From Nitrososphaerota archaeon (GTDB taxonomy: Archaea > Thermoproteota > Nitrososphaeria > Nitrososphaerales > Nitrososphaeraceae): 41,235 bases of DNA. The translations under genes were made by a program, and so were the position numbers. The notes under the pieces are model-generated. The model was not told the origin of the DNA, searched no databases, and saw nothing but the letters and a program-made list of their open reading frames with translations. The first letter of the stretch is position 1. The number at the start of each line of letters is the position of its first letter. The stretch covers positions 1-41,235 of the forward strand of contig VBPR01000221.1 of the NCBI GenBank assembly GCA_005877345.1. Reading direction: 5' to 3'. Below are positions 1-10,449 of this stretch, one piece after another.

Positions 1-123
1 TAAAAGCACTATCAATGTACTTGATATAATCGTAATCAGAGGAGAGATCCGACCTTGAGACGGTGATTTCTTTAACGTATCTACAACATCCCGTACATTT
101 TTCCAAAAGCCCATGGTCTGCAT
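1..123 (-). CDS. partial hypothetical membrane protein (runs off left edge)
   Basis: Manual translation from ATG at 123: MQTMGFWKNVRDVVDTLKKSPSQGRISPLITIISSTLIVLL..., open to the window edge, hydrophobic stretch beginning. Confidence 0.4.
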   Translation of the reverse strand, partial: MQTMGFWKNVRDVVDTLKKSPSQGRISPLITIISSTLIVLL

Positions 124-345
124 GAGGATCATTAATCATAATTTATTTGACTTTGGAAACATGGTTAACTACGTTTCTTCTAAACGATCTAAATTAGTTC
201 TATAGGGGCTGTAAACGAACCTCAAGATTATTTTACTGAAAGAAATTGATCCTTGCTCATATGTAAGATCAGCTAATCCTAGAGTAAAAAATAATTTAGG
301 TGACCAATAGGTAGATAAACAATCAAGAGTATACTTTTAATAGCA

Positions 346-684
346 ATGGTTCTCAGTTTGAAAGAACAAATTAGTAGTTTCATAAGATCGTTACCAAATG
401 TCGAGCGAAAACATGATCCTATGAGTGAAGAGGCTTATTTCTATGGTCTGAGAAATTTTGCCCATTTCCATGGACCGCGACATATTGATATCAGGCTTTC
501 AAAACCTCAGCAAGAAGAAGCCTTGCGGGCACATATGGCTATTCGGCACCAGTATGCTCCGCAGGCAGGATGGGTTTCATGCATATTAGAAACTGAAGAG
601 CAGGCAGAGAATACAAAGCGATTGATTAAAGAAGCATATGATACTTGCCTGTCTCTGAAAACTTCACATAAATCAGAAAACTAG
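346..684 (+). CDS. DUF5519/luciferase-like-domain small protein
   Basis: FAHFHG-x3-DIRL and H-x2-P-x-AGWVS motifs recalled for this family; 112 aa. Confidence 0.65.
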   Translation: MVLSLKEQISSFIRSLPNVERKHDPMSEEAYFYGLRNFAHFHGPRHIDIRLSKPQQEEALRAHMAIRHQYAPQAGWVSCILETEEQAENTKRLIKEAYDTCLSLKTSHKSEN

Positions 685-1114
685 TTTTCAATTGGGAGAC
701 CTAATGAATTGCTTTAATTGTAACTCCGAATTTATCCAACTCACTCAAAGCTATTATGTCCAATTGCGGCTTCTGTTACTGGTGTAGAGATTTTTCATGT
801 TTTCATCATGATTAATACGTGGTTGAAGACAGATAATAAGGTCAGACAATTGAATTAACATACATTGAGCTAGCAATAGAAAATGAGAATACAGTCATAT
901 TTTACAGAACCACCAGAGGTCTATCACAAATGGAATTATACTATTACCAGATAGTATAGTCACTTCTATATAGAATGAAATATGAGACAATATCATTTTT
1001 GATTACATGAAAGGTCAAATCATTTTTTTAACCGTATCAAACTTTTTTGTTCAGCTCTTAAAGAATCGATGATTATGCAGATCACAGGAATTTCAAATGT
1101 ACCTTGATAGTACT

Positions 1115-2212
1115 CTAGCGTGACATTTGAGGCTGAATCTTTTTAACCTGTAGCAGTATCTTGCGCGATATTGATTTTCTCAGGTTATTTACACCATATC
1201 CAGACTTAGGCGATACCAGTATTGGATCCAGTATATTTAATTCTGTGAAAATCCTTTTAACATCATCAAATTCAGCATTATCTATTTTAGAAAGAATTAT
1301 TACAATTTTTTCCTTGTCTACATTCAACTCTTCTAGCACATTCATACAGCTATAATATTTTATTCTAATTTCATCCTCCGATTCTGATGAATCAATTAGG
1401 AGGAGAATCATGTCTGCCTGAAGTGACTCTTCGAGAGTAGACTTAAAAGCCTCAATCATATAAGTAGGAAGTCTTCTAATGAATCCGACAGTATCAGTAA
1501 GCAAAAGTTTCTGTCCACCAATAATAAAGGACCTAGTCGTAGTTGAAAGTGTAGTAAATAAATTTTCAGATGTTTCTTTCCTTTCAAGAGTAAGCAAGTT
1601 GAAAAGAGTAGTCTTTCCTGAACTTGTATACCCTACAAGAGAAACTATTGGCATTCTGTTATCAAGTCTCTGATCATGGTAAAGTTCACGTTTTCTTCTA
1701 GCTTCTGTCAACTTATTTATAATAAATCCCATCCTCCTTTTCAAGTCCCTAAATTTTACGTCAACTATGTATTCTCCACTCCCTCCTTTGCCTGGTCTCT
1801 CACTGCCTATCAACAGTCTCGCGTTTTCTCTTATCCGCGGTAACTCGTATTTAATTTCTGCAAGTTGGATCTGTAATTTTGCTTCCGATGTAGTAGCTCT
1901 GGTGTAAAACAAGTCAAGGATAAGCCTTTCCCTATCTACTACCTTTGAGCCTGTTGTCTTCTCTAAGTTATAGATCTGCTTTGGTGTCATATGTTCATCA
2001 ACAATAATCTTGTCAGATTTAGTATGTTGAAGAAATTCTTTAATTTCTTCGACCTTGCCAGATCCCAGACCATATTGCGTATGCCTCAGGTTTTTTTGGG
2101 TAAAGCACTTTACAATGTTAAAATTGCCTAATGATTCAACCAGACCTTTTCCTTCCTGTTTGCTGAAATCGTCAGCATATGTTACCAGGATAGCATTTTG
2201 TTTACTTGTCAG
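1115..2212 (-). CDS. hflX: GTPase HflX
   Basis: GYTSSGKT (G1), LFTTL (G2), DTVGF (G3), AFKSTLEE; the frame stays open upstream of the track ORF (..YGLGSGKVEEIK..) to a CTG at 2212 that is preceded by an in-frame TGA. Confidence 0.95.
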   Translation of the reverse strand: MTSKQNAILVTYADDFSKQEGKGLVESLGNFNIVKCFTQKNLRHTQYGLGSGKVEEIKEFLQHTKSDKIIVDEHMTPKQIYNLEKTTGSKVVDRERLILDLFYTRATTSEAKLQIQLAEIKYELPRIRENARLLIGSERPGKGGSGEYIVDVKFRDLKRRMGFIINKLTEARRKRELYHDQRLDNRMPIVSLVGYTSSGKTTLFNLLTLERKETSENLFTTLSTTTRSFIIGGQKLLLTDTVGFIRRLPTYMIEAFKSTLEESLQADMILLLIDSSESEDEIRIKYYSCMNVLEELNVDKEKIVIILSKIDNAEFDDVKRIFTELNILDPILVSPKSGYGVNNLRKSISRKILLQVKKIQPQMSR

Positions 2213-2385
2213 AATGTTTCAGGCCCGGACCAGTCCATATAATCATCATGTGAATATTCGTTTTTGTGCCCCCTTGAACACTCATGTGACGTTGCAGAAT
2301 TAGCGTTTATTTTGGTATCTTCAGGTATATAAACACCGGGAAACACTTCACCACAGTTCTTGCATTTTAACATCAGCATAGGCAT
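2209..2385 (-). CDS. 58-aa Zn-ribbon protein, coupled to hflX
   Basis: Not in ORF track. MPMLMLKCKNCGEVFPG...HECSRGHKNEY...; CxxC plus CxxxH; its TGA overlaps the hflX CTG (CTGA). Confidence 0.75.
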   Translation of the reverse strand: MPMLMLKCKNCGEVFPGVYIPEDTKINANSATSHECSRGHKNEYSHDDYMDWSGPETF

Positions 2386-2615
2386 TTGTCTTTAACTAAC
2401 TATTATACGGTGTCAATACTATTAAATCTACCTACACTAATTTTCAAGTAAAAATGGATTAACTGTCACCAATCGTTAGCAATATCATAAAACGATCAGA
2501 TGTACACGTTATTCGCTACTAGTATCTCTAAGACTTGGCCATTTTTAGGAGCGATAAGGGTAATTCAGGGTTTCAAGTTATAGTATCAAAAGATACTTAA
2601 AAATAAATCATAATT

Positions 2616-2879
2616 TTACTGAATAAGATCTAAGACCATTTTCAATTCATCTATCTCATTTTCTATAGCTTGTCTGTCTACCTCATCTCTACCGTACTTT
2701 GCCGTGTACTTTGCCAACCTTTGACATGCTTCAATCTGTCCTAATATCAAATCCTTCTTATCGTGACATAAACTATGGTAGCTATCAATCAAGGAATACG
2801 TTACTTTTCTCTTCTTATCCACGCATCCACAAGTTTTGGCCATAATGCCATAGGGCGATTCTGCTTCGGAAATATTCAA
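2616..2879 (-). CDS. hypothetical protein (CxC motif, coiled C-terminus)
   Basis: 87 aa ORF; 4-nt overlap with upstream ORF suggests an operon. Confidence 0.7.
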   Translation of the reverse strand: MNISEAESPYGIMAKTCGCVDKKRKVTYSLIDSYHSLCHDKKDLILGQIEACQRLAKYTAKYGRDEVDRQAIENEIDELKMVLDLIQ

Positions 2880-3145
2880 TTTACTAAGACACCTTCATTG
2901 GGATCAAACCAGAATTCTAGGACAATACCATGAATATAATCATAAACTAATCTGTATGACTCATAATCTGATACAGGCATTGATTCTACTTCATTATTAC
3001 CACACAAAGGACAAGTATTGGGAATGATTAAGTTGGTCAAGCATGTGGCACACCAATGACATGATTTACAGATCAAGAAGTTTCTCTTGTCAATAAACTT
3101 ATCTTTGTTTTCATAGAGCAGCGGATAAATCTTCGAAGAGGTCAC
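2876..3145 (-). CDS. Zn-ribbon hypothetical protein
   Basis: CKSC...CPLCG pairs. Confidence 0.7.
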   Translation of the reverse strand: MTSSKIYPLLYENKDKFIDKRNFLICKSCHWCATCLTNLIIPNTCPLCGNNEVESMPVSDYESYRLVYDYIHGIVLEFWFDPNEGVLVN

Positions 3146-3623
3146 AATAACGAATCATAGCCTAACGCTTTTTGTATATTGATTTTATTTAACATCAATT
3201 ATATTGAGTTTCGATACATTTAAGCATATCTAATATTTATATTAGCAACCGAAGGAATAGAATGGTTTAGAAAAAATGAATAACTTGACAGAATATTACG
3301 AATATTCCCCCTATAATAAACAAAGATAACAAAAAAGTTATGTATTACTTAATAACTTACGAATGTTCCTATTCTTAGGAATTATAGTGTTTAAACTTTT
3401 TGTAGTTAGTTTCCATTACATTTTTTTGTTACTGAGAACATACAAATTTTACAGCAGCGCGGCGCAACTCATTTTTTAAGAGCAGGTTATTCGCACACTG
3501 TTTTAAGAACTCAGTCTACTGATAACTTTTAAAGGCTTATATGACTCGAAGACGTTATCTTGATTAGTAAATAATAGTTGTGATGTTGTCAATCTGAAAA
3601 CAAAACTATTAGGATAATACAAA

Positions 3624-3911
3624 ATGAAAATAATAGCATGGTGTTATAACTGCAAACAGCAAATATGCTTTAACAACGCAACCAGAAATAGAAATGGTGT
3701 GGCAATTCCAGTGGATGATTATGGTAATCTTCACAGTTGCAGACATAAAAATCGAAAGCCTGGATTTCAAAGTCAAAAATGTTTCAGATGTGGACAAGTC
3801 ATACATTTTGACGAAAATTACAGGTCAATTTCGGGAAAGTATATTCCACTGGATTGGAATTTGGGCAAACGACATGAGTGTAATGAGACGCCATATCTAG
3901 AGAATAGATAG
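3624..3911 (+). CDS. small Cys/His-rich protein with duplicated Zn-binding module
   Basis: CYNC-..-GVAIPVD-..-HSC and CFRC-..-GKYIPLD-..-HEC internal repeat. Confidence 0.7.
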   Translation: MKIIAWCYNCKQQICFNNATRNRNGVAIPVDDYGNLHSCRHKNRKPGFQSQKCFRCGQVIHFDENYRSISGKYIPLDWNLGKRHECNETPYLENR

Positions 3912-3922
3912 TATAGGCTTTA

Positions 3923-4138
3923 ATGAAAAAAGTTTCGACAAGTTGTTCAATAATATCATTAATAACACTTATTGGAGAACGAGTGATAGAAAATGAACAT
4001 TTGTATATCTCATGTTCTACCTGTAGGAAGGAATTCAACAATTTACTTTGCGGTGTAATTTATTTAAGTACAATAAAGGGAAAGCTAGAATTCTGTTCAG
4101 ATGAATGTTGCAGAAATTATCTCAAGAAAAATCTCTAG
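3923..4138 (+). CDS. TRASH/zf-FCS-like metal-binding small protein
   Basis: CSTC...EFCSDECC; true start may be the downstream GTG near 3983. Confidence 0.5.
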   Translation: MKKVSTSCSIISLITLIGERVIENEHLYISCSTCRKEFNNLLCGVIYLSTIKGKLEFCSDECCRNYLKKNL

Positions 4139-4371
4139 GAATGCAAGTAACTGCTGGAAACAACTTTAAAAAAGCCCAAGTGTCAAACCGCTGTCCTAAA
4201 TACTACTAACAAACTGATGCTAAAATGAGCACATAACCATGCAGTTGCATTTATCCTAAGAATCAAACTGATGGTTCGAAAAATCATGTTACTAATTTTC
4301 AATTCATATTTGGCACACCTTGAAAAAATAAGATAGGTAGCAATTAATTGGTGTAGAAGTAATCATATCTA

Positions 4372-4533
4372 GTGGTTAAATCCGCAAAATGTATTCAACA
4401 ACAGCATGATTTGTGTGATGGAGATATAATAGAAATAATCAATAACTCAAGGGAAACAAGAATTTGTGAATGTCAATGTCATGACAATATGTATAAACTA
4501 GTCAGTAGGATGCAGGCTGCAAATAATCAGTAA
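4372..4533 (+). CDS. 53-aa Cys/His-rich micro-protein
   Basis: Not in track. GTG start; MVKSAKCIQQQHDLCDG...ICECQCHDNMY; C-x4-H-x2-C ... CxCxCH. Confidence 0.6.
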   Translation: MVKSAKCIQQQHDLCDGDIIEIINNSRETRICECQCHDNMYKLVSRMQAANNQ

Positions 4534-4864
4534 TTATAGACCCATAATATCAACGAAATAAACTAAAGTATAGCGTTATGAAGAGTTATTGAATTTCATA
4601 TCTACCTGAAAAACCACAAACTTCAAAATATCATTTAGTTGTTTGTAATAAGAATGATTATGATTACCACAATTAAAGTCAATACGATCTTGCAATTCGC
4701 ATAGTTATTGATTTATGTAACCCACATTGGTTCTGTTAAGTCAAGTAATATGACTTAACCAGCAATTGCTGATCCTCAATTATTAAGCAAATTAACCACA
4801 GCCGAAGGTGACCTGATTAGGAATATGAGCTGACCAGAACTTAAATAATCAGCCAGCGAGCGTC

Positions 4865-4877
4865 TAACTTATAAATT
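4865..4877 (+). promoter_or_regulatory. TATA box of probable leaderless radical SAM gene
   Basis: TTATAAAT at 4869-4876, ~24 nt before ATG 4900. Confidence 0.5.
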
Positions 4878-4899
4878 AAGTGCAATATTATAACTATAT

Positions 4900-5868
4900 A
4901 TGGTCGATCTAGTTTATGGCCGTGGAATAACCGATATTGTTCGAGAGATACCTCTGTACGCCAGCATTTTCAAGAAATTTGTAGGTATCAAGTTTTTTCA
5001 TACAAAGCCATCACTATACGGGTCAGCTGATATAATCAATGTTTGTAACCTTCACTGTTCTCATTGCTACTGGTGGTTAAATAGGAAGGACGATAATCAA
5101 GATTTAAGCGTAGAGGACTGGAGAAAAACAATCAGAAGAACATTCAAGAAACAAAACCTTTTTGTTGTCACACTGGTTGGCGGAGAGCCAACTATGAGAC
5201 CGGAGATAATAGAGCTATTTTGTCAAGAGATGCCTAGGAGGGTATGTGTGGTCACAAATGGCTATTTCCCATTGAAGAGGTTCAAAAAGCTTTACTTTTA
5301 TTGGATATCATTAGATGGAACTGAAAAGGCCCACGATGCTATTAGGGGAGAAGGTTCCTACGCCAAGACCAAAAGTAACATTCAAGAGTATATTAAAGGT
5401 CCTCCTAGGAACGGAAAGCCTGCTTGGAAAGATATTTGGATAACAATGACTATTAATTCAGTCAATTGCTCTACTGCTATTGATTTGGCAGAAGAATGGG
5501 TTGGAAAAGTCAACAAAATTGGATTTCAGTTTCACACACCATTTATGAAAGGAGATCCTTTATGGCTACCATTTGGAAATTTACGTAGTGATCTAGTAGA
5601 TCGACTTATAGACCTGAGAAGAAAATATCCAGACTTTGTTATTAACAGTGAGAAACAATTAGCATTGATGAAAGGGAATTGGGGAGGTAGTGGGACAACT
5701 CCTATTCAATGTCCCTCATGGGCTATACTTTCTTTGGATCATATGGGAAGAGTTAAACAGCCTTGTTGCATTGGTAGTGCTGATACCAAGTCACTAAAGC
5801 CAATCTGTGAAGATTGCGGTCTGGGTTGCTATTCTGTATTAGTCGCAAATGGCATTACAGGTGCGTAG
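4900..5868 (+). CDS. radical SAM protein with Cys-rich C-terminal (twitch/SPASM-like) extension
   Basis: CNLHCSHC (CxxxCxxC), GGEP, TNG, ISLDG-x4-HDAIRG motifs; C-terminal C...PCC...CxxC. Confidence 0.9.
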   Translation: MVDLVYGRGITDIVREIPLYASIFKKFVGIKFFHTKPSLYGSADIINVCNLHCSHCYWWLNRKDDNQDLSVEDWRKTIRRTFKKQNLFVVTLVGGEPTMRPEIIELFCQEMPRRVCVVTNGYFPLKRFKKLYFYWISLDGTEKAHDAIRGEGSYAKTKSNIQEYIKGPPRNGKPAWKDIWITMTINSVNCSTAIDLAEEWVGKVNKIGFQFHTPFMKGDPLWLPFGNLRSDLVDRLIDLRRKYPDFVINSEKQLALMKGNWGGSGTTPIQCPSWAILSLDHMGRVKQPCCIGSADTKSLKPICEDCGLGCYSVLVANGITGA

Positions 5869-6405
5869 ACTATCCAAATCTCTGGTTATGTATTTATTAC
5901 CATAATTTGACGCACTATAAAGTAGGTTTTTGTTACTAATTATACGATAAGAGATTAACACAAAAGTAAAATTGGAGTGATGTACGGCAATCGGATTGAT
6001 GTACACCATTATGATTCACTATTCAGTTGGAAATCTATAGAATTTCGAATTTCAAGATGGCATCAGTAAGAAATTTTGAGAGTTACAAGGACCACTCGAC
6101 GTGGAGGCGAGACTATTAAGAATGAAGAGATTGATAATGAATTTTCTAGATATATTGAGTATAAAAAAGTAATGAATTATTCTGATTGAAATCTGGACTC
6201 AATGAGCGCTTTTAGCGCGTAAGGATTATGGACAGTTAATATTTTAGGGCCTAATTCAACCTATAAACAATAAAAAGAGTTTCTTAGTTTTAGTATAAAA
6301 TCAAAAATAAATACTGGCAACAAATTAAACACATACTAGTGGTCTTAATGTTACCGCTTTTACTGAAGACTTTTACTTACATTCGTGTGATGGATCTTTA
6401 TTAAT

Positions 6406-6615
6406 TCACACAAGTTGTGCTTTTGCGAAGCGATCTCCCACACTGGTAATTCTTATGTTCGTTTTCTGTCCAGTTTTTGCACCTTCGACAAATATTACAA
6501 ATCCCTGGATTCTAGCAATTCCGTCGCCCCTCCTGCTTATTTCTGATATTTCAACTTCGTATTCCTTTCCCATTTCAACTGGTTTTGGACTTCCAAAACC
6601 ACTTCTGTAACTCAT
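6406..6615 (-). CDS. single TRAM-domain protein (archaeal RNA chaperone/cold-shock-like)
   Basis: PVEMGKEYEVEISEISRRGDGIARIQGFVIFV signature. Confidence 0.93.
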   Translation of the reverse strand: MSYRSGFGSPKPVEMGKEYEVEISEISRRGDGIARIQGFVIFVEGAKTGQKTNIRITSVGDRFAKAQLV

Positions 6616-7018
6616 TGTTAGAATAATGTCTGTACCTTCCGTAATATGAATGAACGTAATTAGCTCTATATGGGTAGAGTTAGATTTACGGATATAATTT
6701 ACGATCTCTAAATCACCCAGAAAGGTAAGTAGAGTAGATAGACCACCACATAGAATAATTGAAGGAGAATATTCAACAATTCGACAAGCAGGACTATATC
6801 ATTTTGCTATCTTGTTACTGTCAAAAAGACAACTAGCAAACATATTCAAGCATCTAACTGAAAAATCTAACCTACTATGATTCGACGGAGCGGCAGACCA
6901 TGCAGGTTCAACAATTCGGATGCAAACCTGGATTGAGACATAAAAATTTTTAGTGCAGCTAAATCAGTGCTATACTTGGATGTCCATCATTCATGCTCAA
7001 TATAGTCTATTTTTATTT

Positions 7019-7303
7019 TTAGTTAATTCCCCTTGCCAAACAGGTGTCACAATACTTTTCCACAAGCGTGGCACCAACCATGTTATAACTTGCTATTTGA
7101 GTTGCTATATCACCACACACAGAACAATAACCGCCTGCTTTGCCAGCCATAAATCTTTTTTTTACATTTTGAGATTTTCTAGGGTTTGAGATAATGTCTT
7201 GAAGAACTTTGAGTAGCTCGTCAGACCTATTCACTGGTCGTACAGTTGGGGTCGGTCTATCTTTATTACTACGAGGATTATTGCCGTAAAAAGACTCACG
7301 CAT
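7019..7303 (-). CDS. Zn-finger protein, CxxC-x21-CxxC 'EKYC' family (paralog 1)
   Basis: CSVCGDIATQIASYNMVGATLVEKYCDTC. Confidence 0.75.
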   Translation of the reverse strand: MRESFYGNNPRSNKDRPTPTVRPVNRSDELLKVLQDIISNPRKSQNVKKRFMAGKAGGYCSVCGDIATQIASYNMVGATLVEKYCDTCLARGIN

Positions 7304-7460
7304 GTTTATAATACATACTATTCGTATATCTATCTATACGTTAATATCAGATATGTATCAGATCCAAATACGATTTTTCTAATATTTCGAAACAAAAGCG
7401 TATTTCTGTATGTTTAAGCCACAGATGGACAATTGCTAGAATTGAATTTACAGCTCCGCA

Positions 7461-7495
7461 GCCGTCGGGATAAGACTGAATATTCATACGGAGCT
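7461..7495 (+). repeat. dispersed repeat, module B
   Basis: GCCGTCGGGATAAGACTGAATATTCATACGGAGC; matches 24628 and 37798. Confidence 0.8.
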
Positions 7496-7604
7496 TTCGC
7501 AAATTTGAATGTATTAGGATAACATTAGGATAGGCTTGGAAGAGATGTACCTAAGACAGATTAGTTTAATTAAGGAATAGAACATAGTATGTCTAAACCA
7601 TTCA

Positions 7605-8486
7605 ATGTCTATCACTTGGAAAAGAGACTCAGGACTCACTGCTCGAATGACCCTTAGCTTCATTATTTTAGGAATACTATATGTCGTATTTTTGAGCATA
7701 CTACATTATCTTGGGGTGGGATACATTCCTCTAGCCTTTATAGCAGGGGGTATGATCATGGCCCAATGGTACTTCTCCGATAAGATAGTACTCTGGACTT
7801 CTGGAGCCAAGATCGTATCAAAAGAGGAATATCCAAAGCTACATAATATTGTCGAAAACCTCGTAAATAAAAATGGTATTCCGAAACCTAAAGTAGCTGT
7901 AGTTAATACAGGCGTCCCTAATGCTTTTGCCACAGGGAAAAGCCCAAGGAGCTCTCTAATAGCAGTAACAACTGGTATACTGGGCCTGCTCGATGACGAA
8001 GAACTCGAAGCAGTAATAGGACATGAATTGACGCACGTTAGAAATCGGGACGTCCTGGTTCTGACACTAGCTAGCGTATTTTCTACGGTCGCATGGTATC
8101 TCGCCCAATTTAGTTTTTTTGGCAGTTACCAAAGTAGAAATCGTGATAGTGGAAATGCAACAGTAATTGTAATAGTGGTTGCAATAGTAACATGGGTGGT
8201 AAGTTTTATCATAATTAGGGCAATTTCCAGATATAGAGAATATTCAGCAGATAGAGGAGGTGCAATCATGACTGGAAGGCCGGATAAATTGGCAGATGCA
8301 CTTATGAAAATAAGCGGAAAGATGAACAAGATTCCAGCCAACGAATTGCAAAAGGTACAGAAAATGAATGCATTCTTTATTATCCCTGCCTTATCAGGGA
8401 GTTCCATCGCTAACCTCTTCTCAACTCACCCGCCAGTTGAAAAAAGAGTCCAGAAACTTAAGGATATGATGACTGGCGTGAACTGA
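7605..8486 (+). CDS. htpX: zinc metalloprotease HtpX (M48)
   Basis: PNAFATG, HELTH (HExxH), SRYREYSADRGGA, FSTHPPVEKRV. Confidence 0.95.
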   Translation: MSITWKRDSGLTARMTLSFIILGILYVVFLSILHYLGVGYIPLAFIAGGMIMAQWYFSDKIVLWTSGAKIVSKEEYPKLHNIVENLVNKNGIPKPKVAVVNTGVPNAFATGKSPRSSLIAVTTGILGLLDDEELEAVIGHELTHVRNRDVLVLTLASVFSTVAWYLAQFSFFGSYQSRNRDSGNATVIVIVVAIVTWVVSFIIIRAISRYREYSADRGGAIMTGRPDKLADALMKISGKMNKIPANELQKVQKMNAFFIIPALSGSSIANLFSTHPPVEKRVQKLKDMMTGVN

Positions 8487-8633
8487 TAAAGTAACGAATT
8501 AGCATTTATCTACGTTCACGCACAGGCGTAACAGTTTTAGCACATTCAGATAAGTCTAAAATTCTCTTCCATTAATTCGATTAAAAATTACATACCAGAT
8601 GTGTCATGTCATCATTGTTTCTAATTCCTACTA

Positions 8634-8673
8634 CCTAGAATCCGATAAGAGAACTAATTTTATTGCGGGCCCA
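8634..8673 (+). repeat. dispersed repeat, left flank plus truncated core
   Basis: 37/39 identical to 25508-25546 (CCTAGAATCC.AT.AGAGAACTAATTTTATTGCGGGCCC); similarity stops inside the core. Confidence 0.85.
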
Positions 8674-8738
8674 TAGAGGCGAATGTGAATTTTAAGATTC
8701 ATTAAATTTATAATTTATATTTCTAATTCAGTCAGCCT

Positions 8739-9056
8739 TTAAGAAATAGCAGGAATAGAATCGTCAACATCAAGATATACCCATTTATCAACACATTGTT
8801 CACAGTATTTTTCAATTATCCGAGCTTTATCAATCTGAAAGTATGCCACATATGCAGCAGTCTGGCCACAAATAATGCATGTCCTTTTTCTCTCGCTGTA
8901 TGTCTCCTTCCTTATATTCCAAAAGGTGCTGGTATCATTCATGTATGGCGTGATTTTAACTTGTCTTTGTTCTTTTGGGATAGGAGCTGGCAACCGTTCT
9001 ATTCTTATGGCTTTTCTCTTTATTATTTCGTATTTGTAATTGCGTTTAAATTTCAA
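8739..9056 (-). CDS. Zn-finger protein, 'EKYC' family (paralog 2)
   Basis: CIICGQTAAYVAYFQIDKARIIEKYCEQC. Confidence 0.75.
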   Translation of the reverse strand: MKFKRNYKYEIIKRKAIRIERLPAPIPKEQRQVKITPYMNDTSTFWNIRKETYSERKRTCIICGQTAAYVAYFQIDKARIIEKYCEQCVDKWVYLDVDDSIPAIS

Positions 9057-9301
9057 TCACATTTAATTACTACTTAACGTAACTTAACTTAGCTTAACTT
9101 AGTTCTCCAAGTAAGTTGTCGTATCAAGTCATGATAGTGGACTCGTATCATTATGTGGATAGGCGTTATGATGTGCTAATCGAAGCCCTTCATTTTATAG
9201 ACTCTCAGCGTATGATTTTTGTTAAAGACATTAACAACTTATTTCTACTCAAAAGATAAAATCATATATGTTTAGCGGGATAAGGCTTATTGATAAGATA
9301 A

Positions 9302-9847
9302 GTGGATTCATCAAATAACGGTTCACGTCCGGAGTCTAAAACTGGAGGGGAAGGGGAAGATAATCGCCCTGTAGAAGTAATATTAGCTAGTTGGGTGGAT
9401 AGATTTGTGGCATGGTTAATTGATTTTATTATCGTATCAATAGGATTAGGAATTTTGTTTGCACTGATTGCATTTCCATTTTGGTTGTCTAATTATAGTA
9501 ACGATACGGTGTTAGAACACAGTAAGTTTGGACCGTTTCACTATCTTCTGTCAAGCATTGCCTTCCTTGCGTATTGGACTTACTTTGAGCATACAAGCGG
9601 ACAATCAATCGGTAAGAGGCTATTGAATATAAAGGCCACAGACATGTCTGGCAAGGCTGTTGATATCAAAAGTGCCACATTAGAAAGCTTCGGCAAATCA
9701 TTCTTGCTTCCGTTAGATGTAATCTTAGGATGGCTTTTTACTAATAACAAGAGACAGAGGATATTTAACAAAATAAGTAATACTATCGTAATCAAATTGA
9801 AGCCTAGAGAAGAACTAACTGAGAATATTAGATATAGAAAGGACTAG
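9302..9847 (+). CDS. RDD family membrane protein
   Basis: ASWVDRFVAWLIDF, GQSIGK, KRQRIFNKISNTIVI. Confidence 0.9.
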   Translation: MDSSNNGSRPESKTGGEGEDNRPVEVILASWVDRFVAWLIDFIIVSIGLGILFALIAFPFWLSNYSNDTVLEHSKFGPFHYLLSSIAFLAYWTYFEHTSGQSIGKRLLNIKATDMSGKAVDIKSATLESFGKSFLLPLDVILGWLFTNNKRQRIFNKISNTIVIKLKPREELTENIRYRKD

Positions 9848-9883
9848 CGCAGAATCGCGCGGAATGAGGGATAGGTTTGAATG

Positions 9884-10020
9884 CGTCGGGATATGACTGG
9901 ATATTCAATCGGAACGTATTGTAGGATTTCCGAAACTAAAATTTTATTGGATCTACATAAGAGGAAACATTATTTTATGATCCCATCGGGAATCGCATTG
10001 TTAACAGTTCGGATCCAAAA
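9884..10020 (+). repeat. dispersed repeat, B-linker-C
   Basis: CGTCGGGATATGACTGGATATTCAATCGGAAC...CATCGGGAATCGCATTGTTAACAGTTCGGATCCAAAA; collinear with 24628-24760. Confidence 0.9.
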
Positions 10021-10449
10021 GTGTTTCTGAATGAGGACTCAGAACATCCGGATACTGAGGTTCCGTATAGTTACACTAACTGTGTTTAACACTCTTGCGT
10101 CAGGTAGAAGTATAGAAACCGAATCGTACAAGAGCCAGGAATCCCCATTGAGGTACGATAGTCCAGTTACAAAGAAGATTCATTGGAACCGATTCATGGT
10201 ATGTTTATCCTTACTGCCAATTACCTGCCTTTGTGCTTTAAAGCCTCTAGACTAGAGAAATTCTACTCAAAAGTTTGCAATACAACACAATAAGAATCTC
10301 AAATTGGAATCAAACGTTCTTATCTAAAATAAATAAATCGGCATCAATTCGATAAAAAAACGGTCTATAACTTTCAAAAATATGTTAACATGATAATACA
10401 AGGAACAAAAAAAATAGGATTATTTGATTATATGTGCTTGTTTTGTATC

